From NCBI GenBank assembly GCA_049323435.1, contig JBMOMX010000020.1, forward strand, positions 53,665 through 117,664: a DNA stretch of 64,000 nt. Direction: 5' to 3'. This document shows positions 63,981 to 64,000 of the stretch, piece by piece. The notes below the pieces were generated by a model, which ran no database searches, was not told where the DNA came from, and worked only from the letters and a program-made list of their open reading frames with translations. The first letter of the stretch is position 1, and the number at the start of each line of letters is the position of its first letter. This DNA comes from Pseudomonadota bacterium. Lineage in GTDB: Bacteria > Pseudomonadota > Alphaproteobacteria > UBA11222. The position numbers and the translations under genes are program-made.

Positions 63981-64000
63981 GTTTGGTTGCCAATCACTTG

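Larger units (their letters stand above)
58142..64000. mobile_element. Genomic island integrated at tRNA-Thr (continues beyond window)
   Basis: Integrase immediately 3' of tRNA, arm-type repeats, visibly lower GC in cargo genes. Confidence 0.8.

Overview
GC-rich alphaproteobacterial chromosome segment. A core housekeeping backbone (ffh-rpsP-rimM-trmD-rplS-leuC-leuD-leuB-asd; gltBD; fadH; ampG; mmsA; zapE; gshA; rsmE; ubiA; tsaD; hemC-hemD-Mic60-like-hemY) is bracketed by two probable tRNA-anchored accessory regions. The left one (1-4374, 3' of tRNA-Gly) carries copB, a methyltransferase, AraC, membrane proteins and a Crp/Fnr regulator. The right one (after tRNA-Thr) carries a P4-like integrase and a large SNF2 helicase with a ZorD-like N-terminus and a PLD-like (DPY/HDR) C-terminus. 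A 13-kb type IV filament cluster (MshL-type liposecretin, MshEN-type ATPase, three pilins, PilGHI-like ABC module) lies at 4574-17547. Main observations: (1) an ammonium transporter fused to a PleC/DivJ-type kinase sits between two copies of the gltD 3' end; (2) a Crp/Fnr regulator with a C-terminal Cys cluster is flanked by two FNR-type boxes at class II geometry, one driving a predicted ~80-nt sRNA and one a nitroreductase; (3) two equal-length (177 bp + YTAG) nested palindromic elements, one inserted in-frame into a pilus-cluster gene; (4) a DUF559 nuclease with G-quadruplex-type repeats inside the leu operon. All calls come from reading the sequence; no searches were run.
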